Source of the DNA: Cyanophora paradoxa CCMP329
Lineage: Eukaryota; Plantae; Glaucophyta
Reading direction: 5' to 3'
DNA: 64,000 bases
Assembly: GCA_004431415.1 (NCBI GenBank)
Contig: QPMI01000271.1
Coordinates: 1-64,000 of the forward strand
Made by a program: the position numbers and the translations under genes
Shown here: positions 37,868 to 49,830 of the stretch, piece after piece
Layout: every line of letters begins with the position of its first letter
Position numbering within the stretch: the stretch's first letter is position 1
The notes under the pieces: model-generated
Databases searched by the model: none
What the model was told of the DNA's origin: nothing
What the model saw: only the letters and a program-made list of their open reading frames with translations

Positions 37868-40589
37868 ATGCGTCTGTCACTGGACCTCGTAGATGCGGGC
37901 AATGAGCCCACGTTCTTATCCAGCGCAGTGCCGCGGCCAGGCCGCAGTGCAGAGGAGCGGGTTTCGCTACCTCCGTCCCCGGATGCGCTGCTTCCTGCAG
38001 CTGGCTGGAGTTCCCGGAAGGGCCACAGTCCATCGAGCCCCAACGCTTCGAATTCCAAGACGAGTCCCGCAGGGCGAGTCGCACGTGGGGTCTCGTTCAA
38101 GCTCGACCTCGATGCCTCGACCGCGGCGGATGCAGCGCCGGCGCCCAAGCTCCTGCCTCCTTCGGCGGGGGCGGACCTGGAGGTGAAGATGCGGGCGCGT
38201 ACACCGGAGCGGCGGGCGGGGCCGCGCTCCTCGTCGTTCGGGGAGCGCCTGGCGGAGAAGCTGGACCTGGCGGTGGAGATCACGCGGCGGGAGCGCGCCG
38301 GCGACGCCCCGCGTGCCCGTGCGGCCGCCGAGCCGGCGAGCCTCAGGGCCCCCGGCGGGGCGGCGGTGGCGGTGGCGCGGGGCCGGGGGCCGGCACGTGG
38401 CGGGCCCCGCCGCCTGCGCCTGCGAGGGGCGCGAGGCGGGGCTCGCTGCGGAGGTCCGCTCCCAGCTTGCCTCCGCCCGCGCCGCCGCCCCGCTTCCGCC
38501 CGCGGCCCTGGCCCCCGCCGCCACGCTCCCCGCCTCCCCCTCCGCCGCCCTTGCCGCCGCCGCCGCCGCCTTCAGGCGCGCCAAGTGCGAGAGGCGGGCG
38601 GAGGGCCGGCCCGGCGGCACTGCCGTGGGAGAGGAGGCGGAGGAGGAGGAGGGCGGGCGAGCGCTCTCGACGGGCCGGGGCAGGCCGGCGTGGGGCCGCG
38701 AGCCCTGCCGCGTTCGAAGAGCGCGGGCCGCTGGCGCCGGAGAGGACAGAGCGGGGCGCCGGCCGGGCCGCCACCGGCCAACTGCCGTCCCCCGGAAAGC
38801 GCGTGCGCCCCGCCCGCCCCGCGGCGCGGCGCGCCCTGCGGCCGACACGGCAGGCGGCAGACGCTGGCGCACTCCAAGTCGTTCGAGCGGGGCCTGCAGC
38901 GGCGCCCCTTCTACAGCCGGGTGCGGGGGCCCCGGGTTGGGGAGGGGAAGGGGCAGGGGCGAGGGAGGGTGCGTGCAGGGGGAGGTGAAGGAGCTGGCGG
39001 ACATCTTCGCGCACTTCGACGCCGACGCCAACGGGGAGCTCTCGAAGGCCGAGCTCGCCGCCCCGCTGCGGGCCGGGGCGGGCGGGGGCGGCGGGGGCTG
39101 GCGGGAGCGGGCGGCGGGCCTGCTGGGGGTGCTGGCGCGGGACCCCCACCAGCAGACCCTCCGCTTCCACCACCTCCTCCGCGCCGTCTACCCCTGGGCC
39201 TCCCCTTCCCAGGCACCCCCTCCCGCCCCGCCGCCCGCCGGCAGCGTGCGAGGGGGCCGCAGATGGCGCTGATGGTGCGGTGGGCGGGGGTGGCGGGTGG
39301 GGAGGCGGAGGCAGGGGAGGGCGGGGAGGGGCCCCTCTCGCGGGAGGAGCGGGGCGAGGTGCGCGCCCTCTTCGACATCTACGACACCGACCGCAACGGC
39401 GTCATCTCCCGCGGTGCGCCCCCGCCCCCCGCCCCCGCTCCCGCGCCCCGCCCCGTGGCGCCGGGGCGAGTGCGGGGCGGGGCGCAGACGAGTTCTTCGC
39501 GGCGGCGGGGCGGAGCGGGCTCAGCGAGGAGGAGGCCGCCGAGCTCTTCGGCCGCTACGACGGTCCGCCCCCCCCCTCCCCCCCCCCCCCCGCTCCCCCC
39601 CCCCCTCCTTCTCCCCTCCCCTCCCAACCCCGAACTCCAACCATCCCAGACGACGGCAACAAGCTCATCACCGTGCGCGGCCCCCCCCCCCCCCCCCCCC
39701 CTCCTCCTCCTCCTTCCCCCCCCCCCCTCCTCCTCCTCCTTCCCCCCCCCCCCCCCCCCCCCCCCCGCCTGAGCCGCGCGCGTGCCCTGCAGCTCGACGA
39801 GTTCACGCGAGTGCGCGGCCCCGCGCGGGGCGGGGGCTGGCGGGGCGGGGCGCGACGGGGCCGGCGCAGATGTGCCGCGTGCTCTACCGCTGGGAGAAGC
39901 CGCCCCTCACCCGCGAGGAGGAGCAGGCCGCCGCCGAGGCCGTCGCCGCCGCCCCCGCCCCCGCCCGCCGCGAGCCGCCGCGCCCCGGCAGCGAGACGAC
40001 GCGCATGCCGGCCATCCTCCCGGGGCGGGGCCCGGGAGCCGGGGCCCGGGGAGTCCGCGGGAGGGCCCCACGGGGCTTCCCCCGCACGACGAGGCGGGCC
40101 GCGCTGGGGCCCTCGCCCCGGGCCCGTCCTCCGCCGGGCCCCTCCTCCCGGTGCGTGCGGTGCCCTCGCCGCCGCCAGCGGTTGGGAGGCTCACGGGGCG
40201 GTGCAGCGGGAGGGCTCGGCGGTCGCCCGGCAGTCCTCCGCCCTCTCGCGCAGCGCCTCGGGCCTCCTCCGCGGCCCTGGCGCCCTGCCGCGCGCCCCCT
40301 CGCTCGCCCGCGCCCCGCCCTCTCCCGGTGCGCACCCGCCCCGCCGGGCGCCGGCTGCCGCGGGGCGACGGGAGGGGACGCGGGGCGCAGGGCGGGGTCG
40401 ACGCTGGGGGCGGGGCGGGGCGGGGGCGGGGGCGGGCTGGAGCGGGCGGGGTCGACGCTGGGGCGGCGGGGCCAGGCGCTGCACGAGGAGTGGGAGCAGC
40501 GCAACGGCGCCATCGCGCACGTCCTCTCCCAGTCCTCCCGCCCCCTCGCCGCCTACCCCACCTACATCCCCGACCCCCCGCCCCTCTGA
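37868..40589 (+). CDS. EF-hand calcium-binding protein with long low-complexity N- and C-termini
   Basis: EF loops FAHFDADANGELSKAE, LFDIYDTDRNGVISR and LFGRYDDDGNKLITLDEF (across introns). Ends AAYPTYIPDPPPL*. The start and several exons are uncertain. Confidence 0.7.
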
Positions 40590-41285
40590 CCCCCGCACCC
40601 CTCCTCCCACTCGAAGCGCCCTCCTGAGTTTCGATATTCAATTTTCAATTTTCGAGAGGCTGAGGATCCCAAGATCTGAAGATCGTTTCAAATTAGGAAT
40701 TAGTCACATTAAATAGATGCTTCTTAATTGATTCCATGTACAGTAAATACCTAGATATATATATAGCTATATATAGCTATATATAGCTACAGCCTTCGAC
40801 ATTTTTGCAACTTGGCAAGCTAAATGTAATCAAACCTTGAACTTCGGAATTCGAAGCTCATGATCAGCTTTGCAGTCTTAAATTTCAAGTTTCCGAAGTT
40901 CATCTGGATCCCGGATATATAGATCGATCAAATGATCCTCCGGATCGAGGGCTCTGATCCACGGGCCCCGGGCCCACGCGTACGGCCTGCGGCCCGGCCC
41001 TGAGTCCGACGGTCCGCTGACGAATTCTCTTATAATTCAATGATTAACTTCATGATCCGATAATCAAGCCTTCAAGGCTTCATGATCAAATGCATATGCA
41101 AGGCTTCAAAGAGAAGGCCGGCCGGGCCCGCGGCCGGTCACCGGTGCACGTGCACGTGCGCATGCTCGTGCGACTCGGCGACCCGGCCGGCCGGCGCGGC
41201 GGCGCCGGCGCGCGCGCGGCGCGCCGCGCGCGGCGGCTCAGCGGCTCAGGCCCTGAGGATCATGCGCATGTATCATAGTATAACT

Positions 41286-44200
41286 CGTAAGAGTCTGCTA
41301 GACCCCTAAAAAAACGATTAGGACCCCCGGTACAGTATTTCCCGGACCGGGTCCGATTTAGGAGCTCGGTCGGCGTGCGTGCCGGGGGGCGCCCTGCAAG
41401 CGCGACCAACGCTCTCAGCTAGTTCGATAATGCCCGGATCGCAACTCGCCGCGTCCCCGGGCGAGCGGTGTGAGCTTCGGGCGGTCGGCAAGCGACTAGC
41501 ACCTTCGGAGAGCCTCCGGAGCGGCGTGCCGGTCAGCAGGCGGCAGCAACGCCTCCAGAAGTGATAGTGTAGCATACAAGATCGTTCTGGAATGCCGCGA
41601 GACGCTCCCCGCCTGCCGACCCCCACCGCCCTGCGGCCGCGTCGCGCAAGCCTCGTAGCGCGGGCGCCCAGCGAGCAGCAGCGGCATCTCCCTGCCTGCA
41701 GGACACTATTGGTGCGCTGGTTTAGGTCGCGGGCAACAGTGGGTCGCACGCAACAGTGCCGCTGACGAACGCGCAGGCCGATCGCCTGTCAGGAGCCTCT
41801 CCCGATAGCTACTGCACCTGTAGCTGCCACGGGGAGCCTCTCGGCCGTCCCACCGTGCGGGTGTGCGGTCCGCGCGTCCGAGCGGCCAGCAGCAGCCGAG
41901 CGGCACGTTGGATTCGTCAGCCAACCTTCCACCGGCGACCTTTTCCGGCGAAGATAGCCTACAGCCACCGGAAACAGCGTCCCGAGCTCCTTTTACAGGC
42001 GCCCGCGCGCCTCGTCGGCTCCCTGCCTCGGCGCACCTCGGACGACCGACAGCCGCGCGCCCAGGTGCGGCGCCGCCCGTCGTTCCTCGCGCAGAAAAGG
42101 ATGATTGAAGGATCGCGCATGCTTAGGGCTCGTCCTGACGCTGCTTCGCACAGGTCGGCCGGCGGCGTGCGGATTGCTTGCACCGTCGATGGCGGACGAC
42201 GCACCGCGCACGCGCAACGCTCTGCAACATCTCTCCGGTTGATCCTGTTGCAGGCGAGCCGCGCCCGCTGCCGCGCTGCGCCCGAGCGCCGACCCCCGCC
42301 GCAGTTTGATGGTCGCGCGGCCGCACCCGTGCGCCCCCGCCCAATCGCTGCGCATTACCGTGATCCTCGCCTCAGATGCTCGCGAAACGGCCGCGCGGGA
42401 GCGGGTCCTAAGCCGCTCCTCCTCCACTTCCGAGTTCCTCGTCGCCGCGCTCGCCCAGGTTCGAGGGGTCCCTAGGGGGGGGAGACCCGACTTTCGGCCG
42501 ACCACGTAGGCTTATAGAGCGCTTCAATACGAGTTTAAAAAGCATAGTCTCCGGTCCGGCAGATCACTTTTAGAGACGACTTCCTGGCACCGTTGCCGGG
42601 CCGCTGGGCCACGGGAATCGCTGCCGCGGGCGCGTTCTCTTATCCCGCGCACTAGTCTGCATCTAATCTCGAGTTCTGCTTGTCCAGATTTCGCAGGCGA
42701 GCTCCCCACGCGAAACGGCTGAGGAGCTCCGGGCGTATCGGGTGCGCGCTCGCCAGGGCGGCAGCTCCTCCCAAAATTTTCTTAGCGGCGGCAGCTCCTC
42801 TGAGGGAGTAGAGTATGGGGAACCGCCTTTCGACCCACTTCGATTCCGTGAGGAGCTTCCTTTGCGGATCTAGCGCCAGGGCCAGGGCGCCGCTCTTAAG
42901 CCACAGCAATCATCTTAAATGTCTCTTCAATGCGCTTCTCACATATTTTTGCCTCCCAGATTGTCGGGGATCGATCTGGCGCCCTCGTGGAGGCCGTGAA
43001 GGTCGGCGACGGCGTCCGCCGCCTCCAGGTACGCGGGGACCTTAGGGAGGGAGAATCAACTTTCGGCCGACCACGTAGGCTTATAAAGGGCTTCAATACG
43101 AGTTAAATGATCCTAGTATCGGGCCGGCAGCTCACTTTTAGGGACGACTTCCTGGCACCGTTGCCGGGCCGCTGGGCCACGGGAATCGCTGCCGCGGTTC
43201 CGCTCTCTTTCCCCGCGCACTAGCCTGCATCTAATCTCGAGTTCTGCGTGTTCAGATTTCGCAGGCGAGCTCCCCACGCGAAACGGCTGCGGAGCTGCGC
43301 GCTTTTCTGGTGCGCGCTCGCCAGGCCGCGGCGCCGCTCTTAAGCTCTTTGCATAATCTCAAATGACTCTTCAATGCGCGCTGCGACGTGCTTCTAGATC
43401 GCCCGGTTCTGATCGCCCCCCGCCTGACCTTTTTCTGACATTATTCTGACACTTTCCCCTAGGACGGACCTCCCGACCCGTCCCGGGCCACCGGAGGCGC
43501 GCCGGACCGCCGGACTTGCGCGGCCCGACGGCGACGGGTACGGGCAAGAGGCGCGTACCCCTATCGGGGGGTACATGATTTCTTAGTGACCTTCCTTCAG
43601 GTCCTCATTTCTCGGCACGGCGGTGGCGACGGGCGGCTCCGCGCGGCTTCCCGTGCGCGTCTTGGCATGGGCCATCCACACGCCGAGCGCTGCGCCCGGC
43701 GCCGCGGCCGGCGAGGAGCCCGGGCCCGAGATCTCGCCTGGAGAACCCTCTGGGCCGCCGCGCTCCTCTGCGCCTCCCCTATTCCCGCGCGTGAGGATGC
43801 GCGGGGGTCGCTAGGATGATTCTTTATCAAAATGTGCAGTAAACATGCAGCGCGATGGTCGCTTTCGGCACAGCGGGGCAGTTTTCGCACGCGCCGTCCC
43901 GCGGAGCGGCGCTGGGGGCTTCGCGGCCTATATACTCATCTCTAATCGATAAAGAATGTTCGTGGCATGCTGCGCGCCGGGCGGGAGTTCCGGGGAATGC
44001 ATTCCGCAGCGGAAAGTATACGCAGCCGGTTCAAATTTGGCGGCCTGCTGTGAACGCGCCGGCTCATCTCCAGCTTCTGAGACTTGCATATTTGGAATCA
44101 GAAGCTTCAAAATAGGGTGGGTGCTTAATCCCAGGTCGATACGCGAAGACTGCGCGATCCGCGACTCGGTCATGAACATGATGATCATGAACTTCGGAAC

Positions 44201-45750
44201 ATGATTTGCATGACATGACATCGGCGGTTTGCACTCGACCTGCGCATTTTACATTTTACGAAATACCATAAATATACAGAAGGGTGTAAATGGGGGTTTT
44301 CGAGGGTGCTGGAGATGATGGGCGTGTTTCCGCGGTCGGACGATTAAAGCCTGAACCGGTATTCAAGATTCGCAGTAATGAGGGCCCCCGATTGCTCCGA
44401 GCGTCATTCCGCCCCGCCCATTCGCAGCCAGCTTCTGCAACTCCGAATACAAGTCATTCAGATACTATTAAGAGATCCCGCATGCTAAGTAGCCCGCTCG
44501 GAGTTCGAATACCGAGCCCCGCACCCCCGGGCCCCGCGGACCCTCGGCCCCCGCGTGCTCAGTCTGCAGATCAGCCAGCCTGGTTCAAATCGGTGCGGTG
44601 ACAAGACATGGGGCCGGGGCCGGGGGAAGGGGCCAGGGGGGGCGAGAGGGTGGGGGGGGGGGGGGGGGCGGGGGGTGAGGAGGGGCAGCGGCAGCAGGAG
44701 GGAGAGAGGAGGGGCGGGGAGGGAGGACGCCGACGCCCGCCGGAGTTCGGGCGCGGCGGCGGCCGCGAGGGAGGGCGCTTGCCGTCGCGGGGCGCGGCGC
44801 GCGACGGCGGCGGCAGACCGTGGCGAAGCGGGGCGGGCGGGGCGGGGCGGGGCGGGCGGGGCGGGAGGGGCGGGGCGGGGCGCGGACCCGGACTCGGCGG
44901 TTCACGGCCCGCGGCTGCGCGCGCGGTGGGCGAGGCGTCGGCGGGACGAGAGCGCAGCGCCGGCGGCAGCGCAGAAGGGGCGGGGAGGGGCGGGTCGGGG
45001 CGGGGCGGGGCGGGGCGGCGGCGTGCAGCGCAGCTCTCGCACGCACTCGCCGCTCCGCGAGCGGTCGTCCGCGAACTCATCGCGTTGCCTCCGGGGTCGC
45101 TCGAGCCCGCCGTGCTGTTGCTGCTGCTGGCGCGCGCGTGCCGCGCTCTGGTTCCGCTGCGCACGCGTGTGAGAGGCCACGGCCCGCGAGCGAACGGGGG
45201 CGGCTCACTCAAGAACGATGCACTCTGATGCATTCTGCACTCTGAAATCGTTCTGAACCTGTCAGGCCGCGTGGTCAGGGCGGCGTGGCGCGAAGGCGAC
45301 CCGAGGCCGTAGCCCGACGCGACCGAGATAAGCGCACAATCGTGGCTCTGATGTATACTGAGATGTCACCGATCCTTCTGGAGCGGCTGGGGCGCCCGCC
45401 GGCCCCGCTCCCTGCACATCTGCGAATCGTGTCAGATCGGCCAGGGCCCGGTCAACGAACTTCTAGAATTAGTAAAGTATTGATGCAGACCGCTCAAATC
45501 TACGTTTGCGGGCTCGGGGCCCTGGCCGATGTCGGGCCCGGCTGTCGCCGCCCAAACGAAGTCCCCGTTGGCTCTGCGCTCGCGCTTCAAGGGCCCAGAC
45601 TTCGCTACCTTACGTTTCCCGGTCGCCTTGCCCATCATGGCTGCCGTAGCTACGCGCTAGCTAGGTGCTCGGTGGTGCGCGCTCGGATTCGCTGTACCCT
45701 GTTTTTGGACTTGGCTAATCGTTTTTTTAGGGGTCTAGCAGACTCTTACG
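41286..45750. mobile_element. 4.47-kb TIR element, superfamily unassigned, no recognisable transposase
   Basis: Perfect 36-bp TIR CGTAAGAGTCTGCTAGACCCCTAAAAAAACGATTAG (41286-41321 / 45715-45750). CT flanks both ends, a possible 2-bp TSD. Confidence 0.85.
42465..43380. repeat. Diverged internal tandem duplication (~570-bp offset) inside the 4.47-kb element
   Basis: CTTTCGGCCGACCACGTAGGCTTATA at 42491 and 43060; shared GACGACTTCCTGGCACCGTTGCCGGGCCGCTGGGCCACGGGAATCGCTGCCGCGG and later blocks. The second copy lacks about 120 bp. Confidence 0.9.
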
Positions 45751-47038
45751 CTAAATTTAAAGGGCCACTGACTTGCCGTGCGCGTCAGTTGGGTCCGGGG
45801 AAGGGAATTTAACCTCGAGCTCGGCGAATCCAAATTATTAAAGATGTACATGTAGATCTAGATCTAGAGAGCAGATCTAGATTCTAGAGACTTCCGAAGT
45901 TCGAGCCGGAAAAGGAACAAAGCCGCTGAGCCTCGGAGCTTGAGGAAAAAACTTGAAATCGAGGCCATGCCAGGCGAGCTGTCTTCGAGGCCTACGCGAG
46001 CTCGAGCTCGAGGCTAGGCCAGAGGTAGGTCGCGATCGATCGCGTCGCGGGCCCCGCGGCGCGACCCGCGGCCGGCGCCCGGCGGGCGGGGGATGGTCAT
46101 AGCTCGAGCTCATGCATGCGCATATGATCACAAATCGAACCTTATATGCCTGCACGTGCACTTGACTCGGGGAGGCGCGCGGCCGCGGCTTGCAATTGCA
46201 ATTGCCTAGAGGCTGGCCTCCGCGCGCGCGCGATCTGCATGCGCATGCGCGGGCAAAGCGCGCGCGATCTGCATGCGCGCGGTTGGAGCGGCTGTGGCGT
46301 GCGCGGCTGGCGCGCGCGGCTAGCGACATGTACAGCTGCAGCAGACTGCCAAGCGCTGAGAGCGCTATCCGATCATCGGATCGCGAGCTGTGCGGGCCGG
46401 GAGTGAGCTCGAGAACTTCGGAAAGCGGCCGGGCGGGGCCGGCGGCGTGGGGGGAGGAAGTAGCAGGGGGGGTCCGTAAAAAGACTTTCCTCAGGGTAAG
46501 TTCGCACTCTCCAATGTGATTGGCTAGCGCGCGCGGCGTCCTCCCACGCGACCGCGCTCGCGCCCGGCCTAGCTCTCGCAGAACGGAATGTCGGGCATGA
46601 TGCGCGCAACGACCTCGAACTGGTCTGACCCGTACATCTGCTCCCTGTGCGTCGCTGGACCCATTTTTGTCCCGGGTGTTGGTGCCTGTTCCTGGATCAC
46701 CCTTTGGTCGGACGGGACCGGGAGACATGGTTTCGGGATCCCCTTGTGATGGGCTTTCAGGATATACCGCGCGGCCCGGGTTTTGCGGAGGTCGGGGAAA
46801 TGGGATTTGGGGTAGGGTTAACGTTGGGCCCGAGGGACAGGGACAGGCCTAGGGGAACTTCGGAAGTGATTTTCCCTTCCCCAATCAAAGTATCCGATGA
46901 TCATAGTATGCCATGCATATGATGATCATCGGATCATGATCATGCACACTAGTACTAGTACTAGCTATAGTACTATGGACCGGATGACTCAGTGATATGA
47001 TCGATATCCGATGATCGATATCAGAGCCCCGAGGCTCA

Positions 47039-47853
47039 CACTGCGGTACGGCGTTGTATGGGCCCATAGTCCTGGAAGCAACTCCACGATCGCGACCGCT
47101 ACCGTAAAACACTTAAGTAATGCGGGCACTTAAGTAATGCGGTCCCGAAATAATGCGTTTTCCGCTGACAAAACGCATTAATTTGGGGGCGCATTAATAT
47201 CGAAGCGCTAAGCCGCCGCTAAGAGAACTGCGGTATGTACCCCCCTAACGCTGCCAGAAGGCTTCAAAACGCATTAATTCGGGGGCGCATAATTAACCGT
47301 ACTGGGGGTCCGGGTCCAAAAACGCATTACTTACCGGCGCATTACTTAAGTGTTTTACGGTAGCTCTACGATCGCCACAGCCATGCATTGCACGCTGCTA
47401 TGACGCTCGATTGCAAGCATGTAGAGCTTTTACTAGCCATTGAATTAAGCTTGCGGATTCGGTCGGCCCTTGAGTCACGTTCCAAAAAACGCCGGGGTAC
47501 TGGGCAACTTTCAAAAAGTTTTTTTGCTCAAACGGCCAGTGCAAAAGTTTTTTAGAAGGAAGTCGGGCGCGTTAGTTAGAAAACGCCCGCCGCGGCGGCT
47601 ACGATCTATCTAGCCGGTCATCTATCGTTTGGGTCAATTTGCTCCCAATCGGTTCAATTTTGAGCGAGCAAGATCGATCGGCGCTTTTTCCAGAACCTAA
47701 GGCAAAACGGGGGGGTACGGCGCAAAGTCAAGTCCAGAACCTTATCGAAAAAAACTGCAAGTATGTAACTTTGACTTACCATTTAGCCATTGTTAAACCT
47801 CCGTTGGAGCTTTCTTCAAGCACTATGGGCCCATACAAACGCGTACCGCAGTG
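47039..47853. mobile_element. Non-autonomous CACTA/EnSpm-like element related to the 19023-20222 element
   Basis: TIR CACTGCGGTACGGCGTTGTATGGGCCCATAGT versus the reverse complement of the right end, CACTGCGGTACGCGTTTGTATGGGCCCATAGT. 3-bp TSD TCA (47036-47038 / 47854-47856). Confidence 0.92.
47102..47360. mobile_element. Tc1/mariner-pogo-like MITE (259 bp) nested in the CACTA-like element
   Basis: TIR CCGTAAAACACTTAAGTAATGCG / CGCATTACTTAAGTGTTTTACGG. TA TSD (47100-47101 / 47361-47362). Many internal TAATGCG/CGCATTA repeats. Confidence 0.9.
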
Positions 47854-47874
47854 TCATGATCATGCCATGATGAT

Positions 47875-48409
47875 CAGTGTTTGTGAAAGTTTACTCCCCG
47901 CCGGCACCCTGAAAGCTTTCATGAAAGCTTTCTGAAAGCTTTCTGAAAGGATTGCTCCCATACAAGGAAACCTTGCCCAGCGAAACCGGAAATATTCTGT
48001 TTCAAGCAAGCGTCCAGACACAAGTCTATGCTTTCCAATGTCATCTCCAACTGCAATCTTAAAGCCCGCATGGCCGGCGCCCTGTTGTGCTCCTGAGCTC
48101 CTTTCAGCCAAGTTTCAGTGGAAGAGGGGGTACAGCTCCGGAGGCGGCCACCTTCCCCAGCGGCCCCCGCCCTTCCACAACGTCATGCAACCGTTTGCCC
48201 CGTGTGGCATTATGCTTTGTTGCACTCTAGCTTGCTCAAATCCGTCGTTTTCCGCTAGAAACTCCGTCGGAAGGCCTGCTGTAGGGTACCCCCCCGTTGC
48301 AACGAAACTGAAAGCTTTCACCTGCGTTTTTGGGCATGAAAGCTTTCAGAAAGCTTTCTAGAAAGCTTTCACAGTGAAAGCTTGCGCAATGAAAGTATAT
48401 CAAACACTG
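47875..48409. mobile_element. hAT-like MITE (535 bp)
   Basis: Termini CAGTGTTTG / CAAACACTG. 8-bp TSD ATGATGAT (47867-47874 / 48410-48417). Clustered GAAAGCTTTC subterminal repeats at both ends. Confidence 0.88.
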
Positions 48410-48725
48410 ATGATGATCATCGGATCAGCGGCTAGCTCACAGCACGCCGGTCCAACAGGGGCCGCGCCGGTGGATTGAATTAATTTTGACCAATCACGCA
48501 AATCACTCGACTCCGAGTCGAGTTTTTGACTCGGACTTTTTGACTCGACTTGCCGTAGTTCGCAAATTCTGACTCAACGTCGTGGGTACGGGCGAGTCTT
48601 CGTTCGCGCTCCCAGGTGAGAGCGAGAGCTCGGGTACGCCTAGCGCATTCGAACGCGGGAGGAGCGCGCAGGGCCGGCGGAGCCCGTAGCGCGATGGGCG
48701 ACAGCCATACGCCGCCTACGAATCC

Positions 48726-49391
48726 TTATGCACGATCCCTATGGCTGAAGAAGCAGCGGACGAAGCCTGCGAATGCAGTAAGGCATCCCAAACGCAATGA
48801 TCCCCATGAAGCCCACGTGCCAGCCACGCCGCACCCAGCACCGTCGAACAGAGGTAGGCATAAGTGCTCATTGCGCGCTTTAGCGCCCCAAACGCCTGAA
48901 AGCCTGGCAGAGACTTCGGCATCAAACAAAACGCCGGCGTTCTTCACCGAGTTGTCAATCGACTCGGCGAACGTTGCGCCTAGCATGGTCCCGTTCCCGG
49001 CGGGATTGTAGCGGCGCGGGACTTGCTTGCCGCCTAGGGATGGCACTATGCATCCGCTATCCGGATGGCCGGCGAGAGCCTCCGCACGAAAGAGCCCGCG
49101 GGCGGCCGCGGTGCTTGCTGGCGGGAACCGCTGCATAGCGACGTTGGCGCCACGCAGCCGGCGCGACACAGCCTGCGTCGCCTCGACAGTAGGCTGAATG
49201 CCGGGCGCTGGCGTGTAGTAGGCGTCTGGTGGCAGCTGCGGAGGCGGCGCTGGCTGCTGCAGCTGCTGCATCCATGCCCACGGGTTGCCCGCATCGTGGA
49301 AAGGAAGCTCCGGCAGCTGGAACACGTACTGGTGTGCTACGGGCGGCGCGAGGATCCCGGTCGGCAAGTCGGCGCCGCGGAAGGCGAGCAT
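48726..49391 (-). CDS. Intronless 221-aa ORF of unknown function (possible orphan or mobile-element relic)
   Basis: Uninterrupted ORF from ATG with a varied amino-acid composition. It lacks the host's extreme third-position GC content and introns. No domain recognised. Confidence 0.3.
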   Translation of the reverse strand: MLAFRGADLPTGILAPPVAHQYVFQLPELPFHDAGNPWAWMQQLQQPAPPPQLPPDAYYTPAPGIQPTVEATQAVSRRLRGANVAMQRFPPASTAAARGLFRAEALAGHPDSGCIVPSLGGKQVPRRYNPAGNGTMLGATFAESIDNSVKNAGVLFDAEVSARLSGVWGAKARNEHLCLPLFDGAGCGVAGTWASWGSLRLGCLTAFAGFVRCFFSHRDRA

Positions 49392-49830
49392 CCTGACGGG
49401 TATGCTAGCTAGCGCAGACGGCAGCGCCGAGCGATCTCGATCTGGTATACATATACAAGATCTTGAGAGCTATTTCCGCAAGTATACATTGCTTTTTATC
49501 AGTGCATATATTTGCTGTATAATATGCAGCCGCCGGCGCGGCCCCAGTCGGACCGGCGTGCTGTGCTATAGCGGCCACGGGCATGGCAGCCGCGCTGAGC
49601 TCGCAGCGCTAGCGCTACGCTAGCTGCAGCGCTATATATATAGCTAGCTGCACTGCACCTGCATCTTGATACTGGTATATCTGCGACATCAACGTCGATC
49701 GCGACGTCGACGTCGACCGGGGGATCGGAATTGCAGCGAAATTCGGGGAAGCTTAACTAGTAAGCCTTGAAGGGCCCTAAAAGGGGGTCCGGGGGGGTAC
49801 GTAGACGTGCCGTGCCTTCGCCGACTCGCG

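Noticed and set aside
45797-46882. Possible TIR element bounded by GGGGAAGGGAA / TTCCCTTCCCC
   Set aside because: Only an 11-bp low-complexity match, and the flanks (TTGGGTCC / AATCAAAG) show no TSD.
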